The translations under genes were made by a program, and so were the position numbers. A DNA stretch of 64,000 nt, taken from contig OZ250150.1 in NCBI GenBank assembly GCA_965237675.1, positions 2,560,001 through 2,624,000 of the forward strand, in the 5' to 3' direction. This document shows, piece after piece, positions 49,227-59,274 of this stretch (within the stretch, counting starts at the first letter, position 1; each line of letters opens with the position of its first letter). This DNA comes from Candidatus Latescibacterota bacterium. GTDB taxonomy: Bacteria > Latescibacterota > UBA2968 > GCA-2709665. Under the pieces are notes generated by a model. The model did no database searches and was not told where the DNA came from. It saw only the letters and a list, made by a program, of their open reading frames with translations.

Positions 49227-50030
49227 ATGGACAGTGAGGTGAATCTGTTTTCTCTGGAAGGGCGCGTCGCGCTCGTGACGGGCGCCGGAAGGGGGATCGG
49301 GCAGGGTGTCGCGAAGGGCCTTGCGGCACACGGCGCCACGTGTGTCTGCGCCGCGAGGACCCGATCGCAACTCGACGAAACGGTGGCGGCGATCGAAGCG
49401 GCCGGCGGCGACGCATTGGCAGTGGAAATGGATATGGCGGATCTGGACTCCGTCAAACGGGGGATGGAGAAAACCTGCGTGCACTATGGGCAACTGGACA
49501 TTCTCGTGAACAACGCGGGGATGAATATCCGGGAGCCGCTGGACGCGGTCACCGAGGAACATTACGATCAGATTATGGCCGTGAATCTGAAGGGGCTCTA
49601 CTTTCTGACGCAGATGGCCGCCCAACACATGATCCCTCGAAGGCAGGGTAAAGTCATCAATATCGGCTCCCTGACAACCGGAATCGCGCTGCACGGCGTA
49701 TCGGTGTATACCGCCACCAAGGGGGCCGTGGGTCAGTTGACCAGGGCGCAGGCACTGGAATTGGGGCCGCACAATATCCAGGTCAACGCGATCTGCCCGG
49801 GCTTTATCCTGACGCCGCTGACGGAGAAGTTATGGTCCGACCCGACGATGCGGGCATGGGGCGAAGGACGCACCCCCGCCGGCCGGCTCGGCGTACCCGA
49901 GGACCTGGTCGGAACCGCCGTTTTTCTGGCATCCGCCGCGTCGGATTTCGTAACGGGCCAGCACGTCTACGTGGACGGCGGATTCATGGCCGGGGAGAAG
50001 TGGCCCCTGCCCTCCAAGGGAGGGCAGTAG
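49227..50030 (+). CDS. SDR oxidoreductase (gluconate 5-dehydrogenase/KduD-like)
   Basis: Motifs TGAGRGIG, NNAG, YTATK, VDGG. Confidence 0.93.
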   Translation: MDSEVNLFSLEGRVALVTGAGRGIGQGVAKGLAAHGATCVCAARTRSQLDETVAAIEAAGGDALAVEMDMADLDSVKRGMEKTCVHYGQLDILVNNAGMNIREPLDAVTEEHYDQIMAVNLKGLYFLTQMAAQHMIPRRQGKVINIGSLTTGIALHGVSVYTATKGAVGQLTRAQALELGPHNIQVNAICPGFILTPLTEKLWSDPTMRAWGEGRTPAGRLGVPEDLVGTAVFLASAASDFVTGQHVYVDGGFMAGEKWPLPSKGGQ

Positions 50031-50126
50031 TGCGCTCCGGCGGCCTTTCGCCCCGAAGCCCTGCCCTGCGCCGCTCCCCGTATTAATTATCGCCGGCGGT
50101 AACGCACTCCAACCGGGCGCATGTCG

Positions 50127-50722
50127 ATGGATGCAGACAGGATAGCACAACAGATCGCCTTCATTACCGAGATCGACAAGCTGAAGCAGGTGCTCCGTCG
50201 GACGTATCTGATCGATGGAAAACGCCGGGAGAACGACGCGGAGCATTCCTGGCATCTGGCGGTGATGGCTGTGCTGCTTGCGGAGTACGCGCGGGAAGAG
50301 CTGGACCTGCTGAAAGTTTTGAAAATGCTGCTGCTTCACGACGTCGTGGAGATCGACGCGGGTGACACCTTTGCGTACGACGAAGCGGGGCATGCCGATA
50401 AGGCGGAACGTGAGCAGCGCGCCGCGTTGCGTATTTTCAATATGCTACCCGCGGATTTGGCCGCCGAGGTGTTCGGGTTGTGGGAGGAGTTTGAGGCGCG
50501 CGAGACGCAGGAGGCGAAGTACGCGGCGGCCCTGGACCGCATGCAACCGATTCTGCTGAATTACGGATCCGGCGGGATTGCGTGGCGGGAGCACGACATA
50601 AGGACGGAGCAGGTGATTGAGCGAAACCGGCATATCGAAGCGGGGCGCCGGACCTTTGGACGTACGTCCGGGGGTTGATCGACCGGGCTGAGAAACAGGG
50701 GTATCTCGTATCGAAAGCCTGA
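50127..50722 (+). CDS. HD-domain hydrolase with a single-base frameshift near the 3' end
   Basis: Motifs EIDKLK.V.RR, ENDAEHSW, LHDVVE, LDRMQP. Adding one G in the run at ~50642-50645 restores GAPDLWTYVRGLIDRAEKQGYL, with stop at 50722. Confidence 0.85.
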
Positions 50723-50817
50723 TCGCCGCGTGTGATGTTTCTCGCGGACGTGTAGAAGACGTGCGGCGGGTGAATCGGACGGAATGGACGGACGACATTA
50801 GACAGGGGGTTCGGGTT

Positions 50818-51876
50818 ATGTCACAGCAGGCGGAAGCGATGTGGTTTTACGTGGGCGGCGCCGGAATCTCGGTCTACCGTCTGGATCTGGCCACCGGGGA
50901 TCTGGTGGAGATGAGTACGGTTTCGGACGTGAAGAATCCCTCGTTTCAGGCCATCCATCCAACGAACCGGTTTCTCTATTCGGTGGCGGAGGTGGAGGAG
51001 GGCGGGGCGTTACACGCGTTCGCCATCGATCCGGCCACAGGAGCGTTGCGTTCCCTGAATCACCAGTCCTGTATGGGCGCCGGGCCATGCCACGTAAGTG
51101 TTGACGCAACCGGACGAGTGGCGCTGGTGGCGAATTATTCCAGCGGTGGCGTGGCGGCGCTGCCCATCCGGGAGGACGGCAGCCTGGGCGAGGCCACTTC
51201 CGTTTTCCAGCACGAGGGTTCCAGCGCGCATCCGGGCAGGCAGCAGGGGCCGCACGCGCATTCATTCACGATCGATCCGGGCAATCGATACGCCGTGTCA
51301 GCGGATCTCGGAATCGACAAAATTCTGGTTTATCGGCTGGATCCCCAGGAAGCGACGTTAACGCCGAACGACCCCCCGTGGGTGGATGTTCAGGCGGGCG
51401 CCGGGCCCAGGCACTTCGCGTTTCATCCGAACCGGAAATACGCATACCTGATCAATGAACTGGACAATACGGCCGTGGCGTACACCTATGACGGGAATCG
51501 CGGGGTTCTGGAGACGATCCAGGTGATTTCCACACTGCCCGGGGACTTTACGGATACCAGCTATTGTGCGGATATCCACGTGTCGCCCGACGGGCGTTTC
51601 GTGTACGGTTCCAACCGGGGGCACGACAGTCTTGTGATTTTTGAAGTCGATTCGGGGACGGGCAGGCTCACGGTCGTGGACTACGAGTCGACCCGCGGCG
51701 AGTTCCCGCGTAATTTCGCTGTGGATCCCTCCGGGCAGTTCCTGTTCGCTGCCAATCAGAACTCGGACAATATCGTTACGTATCGAATCGATGCACATAC
51801 CGGCAGGCTCACGCCGACCGGCCAACAGGTGGGGTCACCGCAGCCCGTCTGCATCAATATGATTCCCGCCGCATAA
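50818..51876 (+). CDS. pgl: 6-phosphogluconolactonase / lactonase beta-propeller
   Basis: Motifs NPSF, GPCHVSVD, VANY, RQQGPHAH, DLGID, GPRH, SNRGHD, PRNF. Confidence 0.9.
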   Translation: MSQQAEAMWFYVGGAGISVYRLDLATGDLVEMSTVSDVKNPSFQAIHPTNRFLYSVAEVEEGGALHAFAIDPATGALRSLNHQSCMGAGPCHVSVDATGRVALVANYSSGGVAALPIREDGSLGEATSVFQHEGSSAHPGRQQGPHAHSFTIDPGNRYAVSADLGIDKILVYRLDPQEATLTPNDPPWVDVQAGAGPRHFAFHPNRKYAYLINELDNTAVAYTYDGNRGVLETIQVISTLPGDFTDTSYCADIHVSPDGRFVYGSNRGHDSLVIFEVDSGTGRLTVVDYESTRGEFPRNFAVDPSGQFLFAANQNSDNIVTYRIDAHTGRLTPTGQQVGSPQPVCINMIPAA

Positions 51877-52456
51877 AGCTTCCGGACACGCCTCTGTCCG
51901 AATCGCGATGAACCCAGGGCTTTCGTCGATGGGCTCTGTCGGCCTGCTTCGCTCGCGTTCTGCCCCGGAACAAATGGGGGCGTCCCGCTTTGCCAATCTA
52001 TAGACCACGGCGGCGTGAGGTAATTTTGCTCATCCAATGCTGGTTGAATGTGACTCTGAATTGGCAACCGCTGTGATCTACGTAACTACCGAATTTCCAC
52101 GACGGTAGGTCATTGATAAAACTACTTGACAACGGAAATAAGCTTCTTGTTCTTGGCGTCAAAATTGACATGTTCTGATTTTTCCTGTAAATTTGGACGC
52201 CCATACCCTTTGTCCAATGACTTGAGTATAGCTCCGCTATCCCACCTGCCAACCTCTTCGTCAGGCCATTGCTCTCACAGCAGCTCATCATTAAATATAT
52301 GGCTCCAAAAGGCGTGTTCTTTCATAGAATATCCGATGTCCGATCGGGCGGGAAACATCGTTAAAGCGATGTTTCCCGGTCGGCAAGAAAGTGGAAGGCA
52401 GATGGCGGTGTCTCCATAAGTAGACTGATATAGACTCCCTCACGAAAGAGAAAGCC

Positions 52457-52702
52457 ATGCCGCTGTCCAAAGAGATCGAAGCATACGAGAATTTTCGCTC
52501 TGAACTGGAGATGGACCACTTTGGGGAATGGGTGGTTGTTCATGACGAAAAGCTCATTGGGAAATACCCCTCATTTGAGGCCGCCGCGGAGGATGCCATA
52601 AAGAGGTTTGGACGAGGACCGTATCTAATCCGTCAAATAGGACAGGCTCCACTTACATTGCCGGCTTCTGTCGTTTTTGGAGTTGGCCATGGGACGCACT
52701 AA
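52457..52702 (+). CDS. Small DUF5678-like protein
   Basis: EIEAYE....L...HFGEWVVVHDEKLIG.Y.....A......FG..PYLIRQI. Confidence 0.7.
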   Translation: MPLSKEIEAYENFRSELEMDHFGEWVVVHDEKLIGKYPSFEAAAEDAIKRFGRGPYLIRQIGQAPLTLPASVVFGVGHGTH

Positions 52703-53150
52703 GTGTGGTTTTGATGATCAACCCGGTCTACCTGGTCGAGATGCATTGATTCGTCACGGGCCAACGTTAATGGTCAATATCGGGTTAGATATATACTTCC
52801 GTGCAAATAGAAACTCCCATCCCCAACTCCCATCTCAAACCTGGCCCGCTTTAGTCGATACAGGCGCAGGCGAGAGTTGTATTGATTCCAATCTCGCGTC
52901 GAGCCTGAATCTTCCAATTGTTGATCAGCAAATTACATCTGGGGCTCATGGGGCGCACCCCGTCAACGTACATCTCGCACAGATTCATGTTCCAAATTTG
53001 AATTTTACAATCCATGGTCGGTTTGCAGGCGTTCATCTGACTGCTGGGGGTCAACCCCACATGGCACTTATTGGAAGGACGTTTTTGCAACATTTCACCA
53101 TGATCTACGAGGGCAAGACAGGCAATGTAATCCTGAACAATGACACGTGA
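52689..53150 (+). CDS. Retropepsin-like aspartyl protease
   Basis: Motifs ALVDTGA.ESCID and LIGRTFL. Confidence 0.85.
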   Translation: MGRTKCGFDDQPGLPGRDALIRHGPTLMVNIGLDIYFRANRNSHPQLPSQTWPALVDTGAGESCIDSNLASSLNLPIVDQQITSGAHGAHPVNVHLAQIHVPNLNFTIHGRFAGVHLTAGGQPHMALIGRTFLQHFTMIYEGKTGNVILNNDT

Positions 53151-53179
53151 TGTGACGAAATGCTTCAATCTCATTCATA

Positions 53180-53540
53180 TCTCACCAGATCCTTTTAATG
53201 CAACTTATTGCCAACCATACCTGAAACAACCATACCCATCTATTCAACGGTGTGGGCATCCCGGACATTGTGCCGACCATAGAACTCGTTGACATAACGA
53301 TTCAGGTGCTGGATGTTCATCTTGTGGCGCGTTCCGTAATATCCACGCTTTAGAAGTGACCTAAAAGACTCAATGCCGTTCGTGTGGGCCTGATCTTTCA
53401 CGAACTCCCCGACTGAGTGCTTTACGGCCCGATGCCTCACGCCTTGAATCCCATTTTAGGCTGAGGCATCATCTGTATATACGGTAGCGTCGTTTTCTGC
53501 CTGGCGGGCAACAAATCCCTTCAGGTCTGGACCGTCGTAT
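53180..53540 (-). pseudogene. Degraded IS1595-family transposase, C-terminal part
   Basis: ATVYTDDASA*, VKHSVGEFV..QAHTNGIESF.SLLKRG..GT.H......LNRYVNEF..RHN, GMVGNKLH*KDL, with internal stops. Confidence 0.85.
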
Positions 53541-53599
53541 GATTGAGACACTTCAGCGTCGACCCTATTGATTGTTTTCTCCAGGAGCAACGGCACGCC

Positions 53600-55165
53600 A
53601 TGAATATCGGCACACTGCTGACGAAATCGGCACGCACGTTTCCTGAGAATCTGGCCGTGGCGTGCGGCGCCCGGCGATGGACCTACGCCCGGTTCAACGA
53701 GCGTGTGAACCGGTTGGCGAACGCGATTCGCAGGCTCGGCGTCTGCCCGGGCGGCCATGTGGCAATCCTGATGCAGAATCTCCCGGAAATGCTGGAATCC
53801 ATGTTCGCCTGTTTCAAGGCCGGGGCGGCGGCCGTACCGATCAATTTTCGCCTGCATCCCAACGAGATCGCCTTTATCATCGATCATTCGGAAGCCGAAC
53901 TGGTTGTTCTTTCCTCTCAATTCAACGCGACGATTTCGCAGGTCAAAGATCGCTTGCCGCGGGTTCGGCACGTCGTCACCATTGCGGATGCGCACGAGGA
54001 ATTGCTGGACTATGAAACATTGATTCGCGCCGAGCGCGCCGCGTTCGACGATGTGGACGTGGATCCCGACGACGTGGCGTGGGTGTTCTACACGTCCGGA
54101 ACCACGGATCAACCCAAAGGGGCATTGCTGACACACCGCAATCTGCTGGCGATGACGATGAGCTTTTACGCGGACATCTGCCAGGGCTTCGGACCCGACG
54201 ACGTGGCCCTGCACGCAGCACCCCTGTCCCACGGGAGCGGCCTTTACGCCCTGCCAAATGTCGGCAAGGCCGCGGCCAATATCATCCCGGAAACCGTTTC
54301 ATTTGATCCCGAACGTGTTCTGGAGGCCATCGGAGAGTACCGGGTCACCAATATGTTCGCCGCGCCGACCATGGTAAAGCGCCTCGTGGGAAGTCCGGCG
54401 CTGCACCGGTACGACCTTCGATCGTTGAGAATCCTCAACTACGGCGGCGCCCCGATGCTGGCCGAAGACCTCCAGGTTGCGATCGAAAAGCTGGGGCCCT
54501 GCCTCGTGCAGCTGTACGGCCTGGGCGAGTCTCCGATGACGATCACCCACCTGCCCCACCGCGACCACGTCCTGAATGGCACCGCACAACAGATGAAGCG
54601 ACTCAGTTCGGCGGGGTTTGCGCGTACCGACGTCGAAGTCAGAATCCTGGACGACGAGGACAACGAACTTCCAGCGGAAGCCATCGGCCAGATCGTGACG
54701 CGGTCGGACCTGGTCATGAAGGGTTACTGGCGCAATCCCGACGCCACCGCGGCCGCCCTGAAAGGCGGCTGGCTTCACACAGGCGATGTGGGGTACATGG
54801 ACGACGATGGCTACGTTTTTCTCCTGGATCGCTCCAAGGACCTGATTATCAGCGGCGGCGAGAATATCTACCCGCGCGAGATTGAAGAGGTGCTCATACG
54901 ACATCCGGCCGTATTCGAGGTCGCGGTCATCGGCGTGCCCCATCCGGAGTGGGGCGAGGCCGTCAAGGCCGTTGTGGTTCAGACGCCCGGGTGCGGCGTG
55001 TCCGGCGAGGAACTGATCGACTTCTGCAAAGGCCGAATCGCAAGTTTCAAGAAACCGGGATCCGTGGATTTTGTCGAAGAATTACCCAGGAACAACTACG
55101 GCAAGATCGTGAAGAACCTGATAAGGGCGCCGTATTGGGGCGGCAGGGCGAGCAGGGTGATCTGA
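53600..55165 (+). CDS. AMP-binding acyl-CoA synthetase
   Basis: Motifs YTSGTTDQPKG, YGLGE, WLHTGD, DRSKDLIISGGENIYP, LPRNNYGKI. Confidence 0.93.
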   Translation: MNIGTLLTKSARTFPENLAVACGARRWTYARFNERVNRLANAIRRLGVCPGGHVAILMQNLPEMLESMFACFKAGAAAVPINFRLHPNEIAFIIDHSEAELVVLSSQFNATISQVKDRLPRVRHVVTIADAHEELLDYETLIRAERAAFDDVDVDPDDVAWVFYTSGTTDQPKGALLTHRNLLAMTMSFYADICQGFGPDDVALHAAPLSHGSGLYALPNVGKAAANIIPETVSFDPERVLEAIGEYRVTNMFAAPTMVKRLVGSPALHRYDLRSLRILNYGGAPMLAEDLQVAIEKLGPCLVQLYGLGESPMTITHLPHRDHVLNGTAQQMKRLSSAGFARTDVEVRILDDEDNELPAEAIGQIVTRSDLVMKGYWRNPDATAAALKGGWLHTGDVGYMDDDGYVFLLDRSKDLIISGGENIYPREIEEVLIRHPAVFEVAVIGVPHPEWGEAVKAVVVQTPGCGVSGEELIDFCKGRIASFKKPGSVDFVEELPRNNYGKIVKNLIRAPYWGGRASRVI

Positions 55166-55271
55166 GGGATTGTCCTGATGGCTCCATGACACGATTCGGG
55201 CCGGGCAGCGCGACTTCCCCATATTCCCGCGCTTGCCGGTCGAACTGAAATTGGTGCCGAGGCGATGTTCG

Positions 55272-56537
55272 ATGGTTAAGAAACGCAAACTCGGGCGGGG
55301 CGTTGCCATGGTGGGCGCCGGCATGTCGGATTTCGGCATGTTCGAAAAAAGGGATTCCAGAGATCTCTTCGTCGACGCCTTCCGCGCGATGATCGCATCG
55401 GTGGACAAAGGGCTTGATCCCGGTGAGATCGATGCGCTGTACATCGGCAATTTCACCAACGATTTCTTCGTGGGTCAATCCCATTGGGGGGCCGTTCTGG
55501 TCGATGCGCTGGGCCTGGTTCCGAGGCCGGCGACCCGCACCGAGGGCGCCTGCGCCTCCAGCGCAATCGCTTTCCGTGAAGGCGTCTTTGCTATCGCGTC
55601 TGGATTTTACGACGTGGTCCTGGTCGGCGGCGTGGAGGACATGTCGAAACGTCCGACGGCCGACGTGGCGGAGGGCCTTGCGTCGGCAGCGGTACCCTAC
55701 GAACGGAAGTCGGGCTTTACCTTTCCCGGGGTGTTCGGCGCGATCGCGACGGCGTATTTTCACAAGTACGGCGCGACGCGTGAGCACCTGATGAACGTGA
55801 CGATCAAAAGCCATGAGAATGCGCCGCTGAATCCGAAAGCGCAATTCCGGTCCTCAATCGCTGATATAATGGATTCGAAGGTGGAGCGCGCGCGCGCACG
55901 TGGCGCGCCATTGCCTCAATGGACGGATGAAAAAGACTTCCTGCGCGACCCCCGGGTCAACCCGCCGGTCGCATGGCCGATGCACCTGTTCGATTGCTGT
56001 CCCATCAGCGACGGCGCCGGCTGTATCCTGCTGGCCGGTGAAGAGATCGCCAGACATTTTACCGACGATCCGCTTTACGTGGTAGGCCTTGGCCAGGGCA
56101 GCGGCAGAGGACTCCACGCGGCGCCGGATCTGACCAGCTTTGAGGCCACGCGCCAGGCCGCCCGGGAAGCCTATGCCATGGCGGATCTTGGCCCGGCGGA
56201 CATACAGTTCGCCGAGGTGCACGACTGTTTTTCCATCGCGGAGATCCTCCATATCGAGGATCTCGGCTTCTTCAGCCCCGGGGAAGGGTGCAGAGCTGTC
56301 GGTGAGGGCGCGACCCGGCTGCACGGACCGATGCCGATTAACACCTCCGGCGGCCTGAAGTGCAAGGGGCACCCCGTCGGGGCCACCGGCGTTGCACAGT
56401 TGATCGAGGTATGGGAGCAACTCAGGCAACAGGCCGGCGGCCGGCAGGTGCCGAACGGCGATCTGCGCCTGGGCGCGGCCCATAACCTGGGCGGCACCGG
56501 CGGCACAAGCACGTTTACGATTCTCGAGAGGCGATAG
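55272..56537 (+). CDS. Thiolase (SCP2/archaeal type)
   Basis: Motifs EGACASS, CCPISDGA, EVHDCF, NTSGGL..KGHPVGATG, HNLGG. Confidence 0.92.
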   Translation: MVKKRKLGRGVAMVGAGMSDFGMFEKRDSRDLFVDAFRAMIASVDKGLDPGEIDALYIGNFTNDFFVGQSHWGAVLVDALGLVPRPATRTEGACASSAIAFREGVFAIASGFYDVVLVGGVEDMSKRPTADVAEGLASAAVPYERKSGFTFPGVFGAIATAYFHKYGATREHLMNVTIKSHENAPLNPKAQFRSSIADIMDSKVERARARGAPLPQWTDEKDFLRDPRVNPPVAWPMHLFDCCPISDGAGCILLAGEEIARHFTDDPLYVVGLGQGSGRGLHAAPDLTSFEATRQAAREAYAMADLGPADIQFAEVHDCFSIAEILHIEDLGFFSPGEGCRAVGEGATRLHGPMPINTSGGLKCKGHPVGATGVAQLIEVWEQLRQQAGGRQVPNGDLRLGAAHNLGGTGGTSTFTILERR

Positions 56538-56540
56538 ACG

Positions 56541-56969
56541 GTGGCGCGGCGGCCGATCAGCGATTTCTGGTTCGAAGCATTTCTCGGTGAAGAAAAACTG
56601 ATGGGGTCGACGTGTCCGCGGTGCGGCGACGTGTACGTACCGCCGCGTCCGATATGTACAGGATGCCACAACACGGGTTTGAAATGGATCCGGATGAGCG
56701 GCGTCGGCAAACTCGTCGCCTTCACCTGTATATCGATTGGCCCGCCCTCGATGCTGGAAGCCGGCTACGACCGGAACAATCCGTATTGCACGGGGGTTGT
56801 CCAACTGGAAGAAAACCCCAGAATTGTTGCCCGCATAGAAGGCGTCGACACACGGCATCCGGAATCCATCCAGATCGGCACGCCCTTGACCGCGATTTAC
56901 CTGCATCGAGGCAGCGGTCCGGATCGCGCAACGCAATTGGCCTTCCATCCCATGCACGGCAGCGAGTGA
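56541..56969 (+). CDS. DUF35 Zn-ribbon/OB-fold thiolase partner
   Basis: CPRCG.VYVPPRPICTGC followed by an OB-fold PY..GVVQLEE. Confidence 0.9.
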   Translation: MARRPISDFWFEAFLGEEKLMGSTCPRCGDVYVPPRPICTGCHNTGLKWIRMSGVGKLVAFTCISIGPPSMLEAGYDRNNPYCTGVVQLEENPRIVARIEGVDTRHPESIQIGTPLTAIYLHRGSGPDRATQLAFHPMHGSE

Positions 56970-56996
56970 TGAAGTCGATCGGTCCCGGATGAACGA

Positions 56997-57026
56997 GCCG
57001 CGCGGATCGGCGGCCGTTTTTTGTTT
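56997..57026 (+). terminator. Possible intrinsic terminator
   Basis: GCCGC...GCGGC stem followed by a T-tract, after the DUF35 gene. Confidence 0.45.
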
Positions 57027-57348
57027 CGCGCTTTGGTGTAAACACGGTGTTTACGGGCCAGCAGGCGCTATCCCGTATCGTGAATTTCGATCATGTGCGC
57101 TGTCGTACATGGATACAACCGCAACCCTTCGACACACGGCGCACGCATTTGAAGGGCGGGAAACAATTGCGGCGGCTGACTTGCGTGCCTATATTTGAAA
57201 CCTTCCCCGACGTCGGCGTTTGACGGCGAGTGCTCCATTTAGCGACGGGTTATTGTGTGGTTCCGGAAGAGGACGTCAGATCGGCTGACGCCCGCGCTGT
57301 TGCGGGAGGTACCAATCCCGGATCCGGTAACATGGGAGACATACGGAA

Positions 57349-59202
57349 ATGAATCGGACCCTTAAAGATCTTATGAACAAGAGCTTTGCGGAGCACGCGG
57401 ACCGGACGGCGGTGCGTGTTCTGAGGCAGTCCGATCAGAAGGGAGAGCGGGGGTTGCGCTACGTTCCGATGACCTACGCGCAGCTTCGTGAGCAGCGGGA
57501 TCGGCTGGCTTCCGGGCTCGCCCGCGCCGGTTATTCAAAGGGCCACCGAGTGGGAATACTGACGGACGGTGGTCTGGAGCCGGTGCTGGTATTTCTGGCG
57601 GCGGATATGCTGGGGTTGTCTTCAGTTCCGCTCTGCAATAAGCTGCCGGACGATATTCTGAAATACAAAATCGAACATTCGGGCCTGGAGGTGCTGTTCC
57701 TGGATAGCAAAAGCCGGGAACAGGTGGAACGGGTACTGCAGCGTCTGGAGAAATCCCCGGACCTCGTGCTGACGGAGGGTCATTCCGACGGGATCCGTTC
57801 GTTTTTCGATCTGGTGCAGGATGGCGCGAAAGAACCCCCGCCCGAAGTGGAGATCGGTCCCGACGACGAGTCGAAGGTGGTCTACACCTCCGGCTCGTCC
57901 GGTCTGCCCAAGGGCGTGGTACAGACCCATCGAAATCTGGTCGATAACGTGAGGTCGGTCTGGGATGGGATATCACGTCGCGAAGCACCTGCTCTGTTCA
58001 AGTCCGCACCGGATTACCATACCATGGGCATCTTGAATATCTACTATCCCCTTATCAAGGGCTGGTCGCTGGATCTCGCGCGTTCACCCGATCGGGTACT
58101 TGTAGATATTCGTTATTCGGAACCACACGGCTTCCTGACCGTACCCCTTATCCTGGACAAGGTCTACGGAAACGTGCGAAAGGAGATCGACGCGGGTGGG
58201 GTGAAGGGCAGGCTGGTAGGGCGCGCGGTTCGGGCCAAGCGAAACATCTCTCGGGGCACGGCTTCGATCACGGACCGGGCGGTGTATGGATTGGTCGGGC
58301 GGAAGGTGGTGGCGAAGATCAAAGAGAAACTGTCCCAGCGCGTGGGCGGCCGGCTGGAACTGCTGATTGTAGGCTCCGCCAAAGCCGACCCTGAGGCACT
58401 GGATTTTTTCCAGGACGTGCTGGATATCACGTCGCTTGAAGGATACGGGACGACCGAGTGCTGCCCGATGATTGCGGTGAATACGTTGGACGCTCAGAAG
58501 ACCGGTACCGTGGGAAGGCCGCTGCTGGAGGTGAAACTGGTGACGGAAGCGGGTGAGGAGGTGGGGTCCGGCGATCCGGTGACGCAGACCTACCGGGAAA
58601 GCTGCGGAAGCGAAGGAGAACTCTGGGTGCATGGTTCTCACGTGATGCGAGAATACCTGAACGATCCCGAACGTACGGCACAGACGCTGGTGAAAGACGA
58701 AAGCGGCAAGACGTGGTACCGGACGGGCGATTTGTTCAGCATCGACGGGGATGGGTATCTGACGTTTCGTGGCCGTCTGGGACGGCAGTTCAAATTGAGT
58801 AACGGGGAGTTTGTGAACCCCGAATTACTCGAAAGGATATACGCACGTGTGCCGCTGGTCGAGCACGTGATGGTCTGGGGCGATCAGAGCGGGTCGTTTC
58901 CGATGCCGGTTGTCACGGTTAATGCCGAGGAGGCGCGGACATTGACCGATATTCCGGATCTGCCCGACGACGACGACGCCATACGCAGGCATTCCGGTGT
59001 GGCGGAGCGGTTGCGGGAACTCCTGCTGAAGGAGGCGACGGAAGCCGGCCTGCCGGGACACGAACGGCCGCAGAAAGTGCTGGTACTGCCCGATGCGCTC
59101 AGTGAGGAGTCCGGTACGCTGACACGTGGTTTGAAAAAGATGGTCCCGGGGGCGATCCTGGACCGGTACCGGGACAGCGTTGACGCGGCCTACTCCAGTT
59201 AA
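57349..59202 (+). CDS. Long-chain fatty acid-CoA ligase (AMP-binding)
   Basis: Motifs YTSGSSGLPKGV, EGYGTTE, WYRTGD, FKLSNGEFVNP, LTRGLK. Confidence 0.9.
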   Translation: MNRTLKDLMNKSFAEHADRTAVRVLRQSDQKGERGLRYVPMTYAQLREQRDRLASGLARAGYSKGHRVGILTDGGLEPVLVFLAADMLGLSSVPLCNKLPDDILKYKIEHSGLEVLFLDSKSREQVERVLQRLEKSPDLVLTEGHSDGIRSFFDLVQDGAKEPPPEVEIGPDDESKVVYTSGSSGLPKGVVQTHRNLVDNVRSVWDGISRREAPALFKSAPDYHTMGILNIYYPLIKGWSLDLARSPDRVLVDIRYSEPHGFLTVPLILDKVYGNVRKEIDAGGVKGRLVGRAVRAKRNISRGTASITDRAVYGLVGRKVVAKIKEKLSQRVGGRLELLIVGSAKADPEALDFFQDVLDITSLEGYGTTECCPMIAVNTLDAQKTGTVGRPLLEVKLVTEAGEEVGSGDPVTQTYRESCGSEGELWVHGSHVMREYLNDPERTAQTLVKDESGKTWYRTGDLFSIDGDGYLTFRGRLGRQFKLSNGEFVNPELLERIYARVPLVEHVMVWGDQSGSFPMPVVTVNAEEARTLTDIPDLPDDDDAIRRHSGVAERLRELLLKEATEAGLPGHERPQKVLVLPDALSEESGTLTRGLKKMVPGAILDRYRDSVDAAYSS

Positions 59203-59274
59203 AGACACCACGCGAAGCCCTGGTCTGACGCCTCGGTCCGCGCGGCCAGTGAATTCACATAGAGGAGCATTCGC

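Noticed and set aside
57200-57340. Possible riboswitch upstream of the fatty acid-CoA ligase
   Set aside because: Some pairing potential, but no recognisable conserved riboswitch motif.
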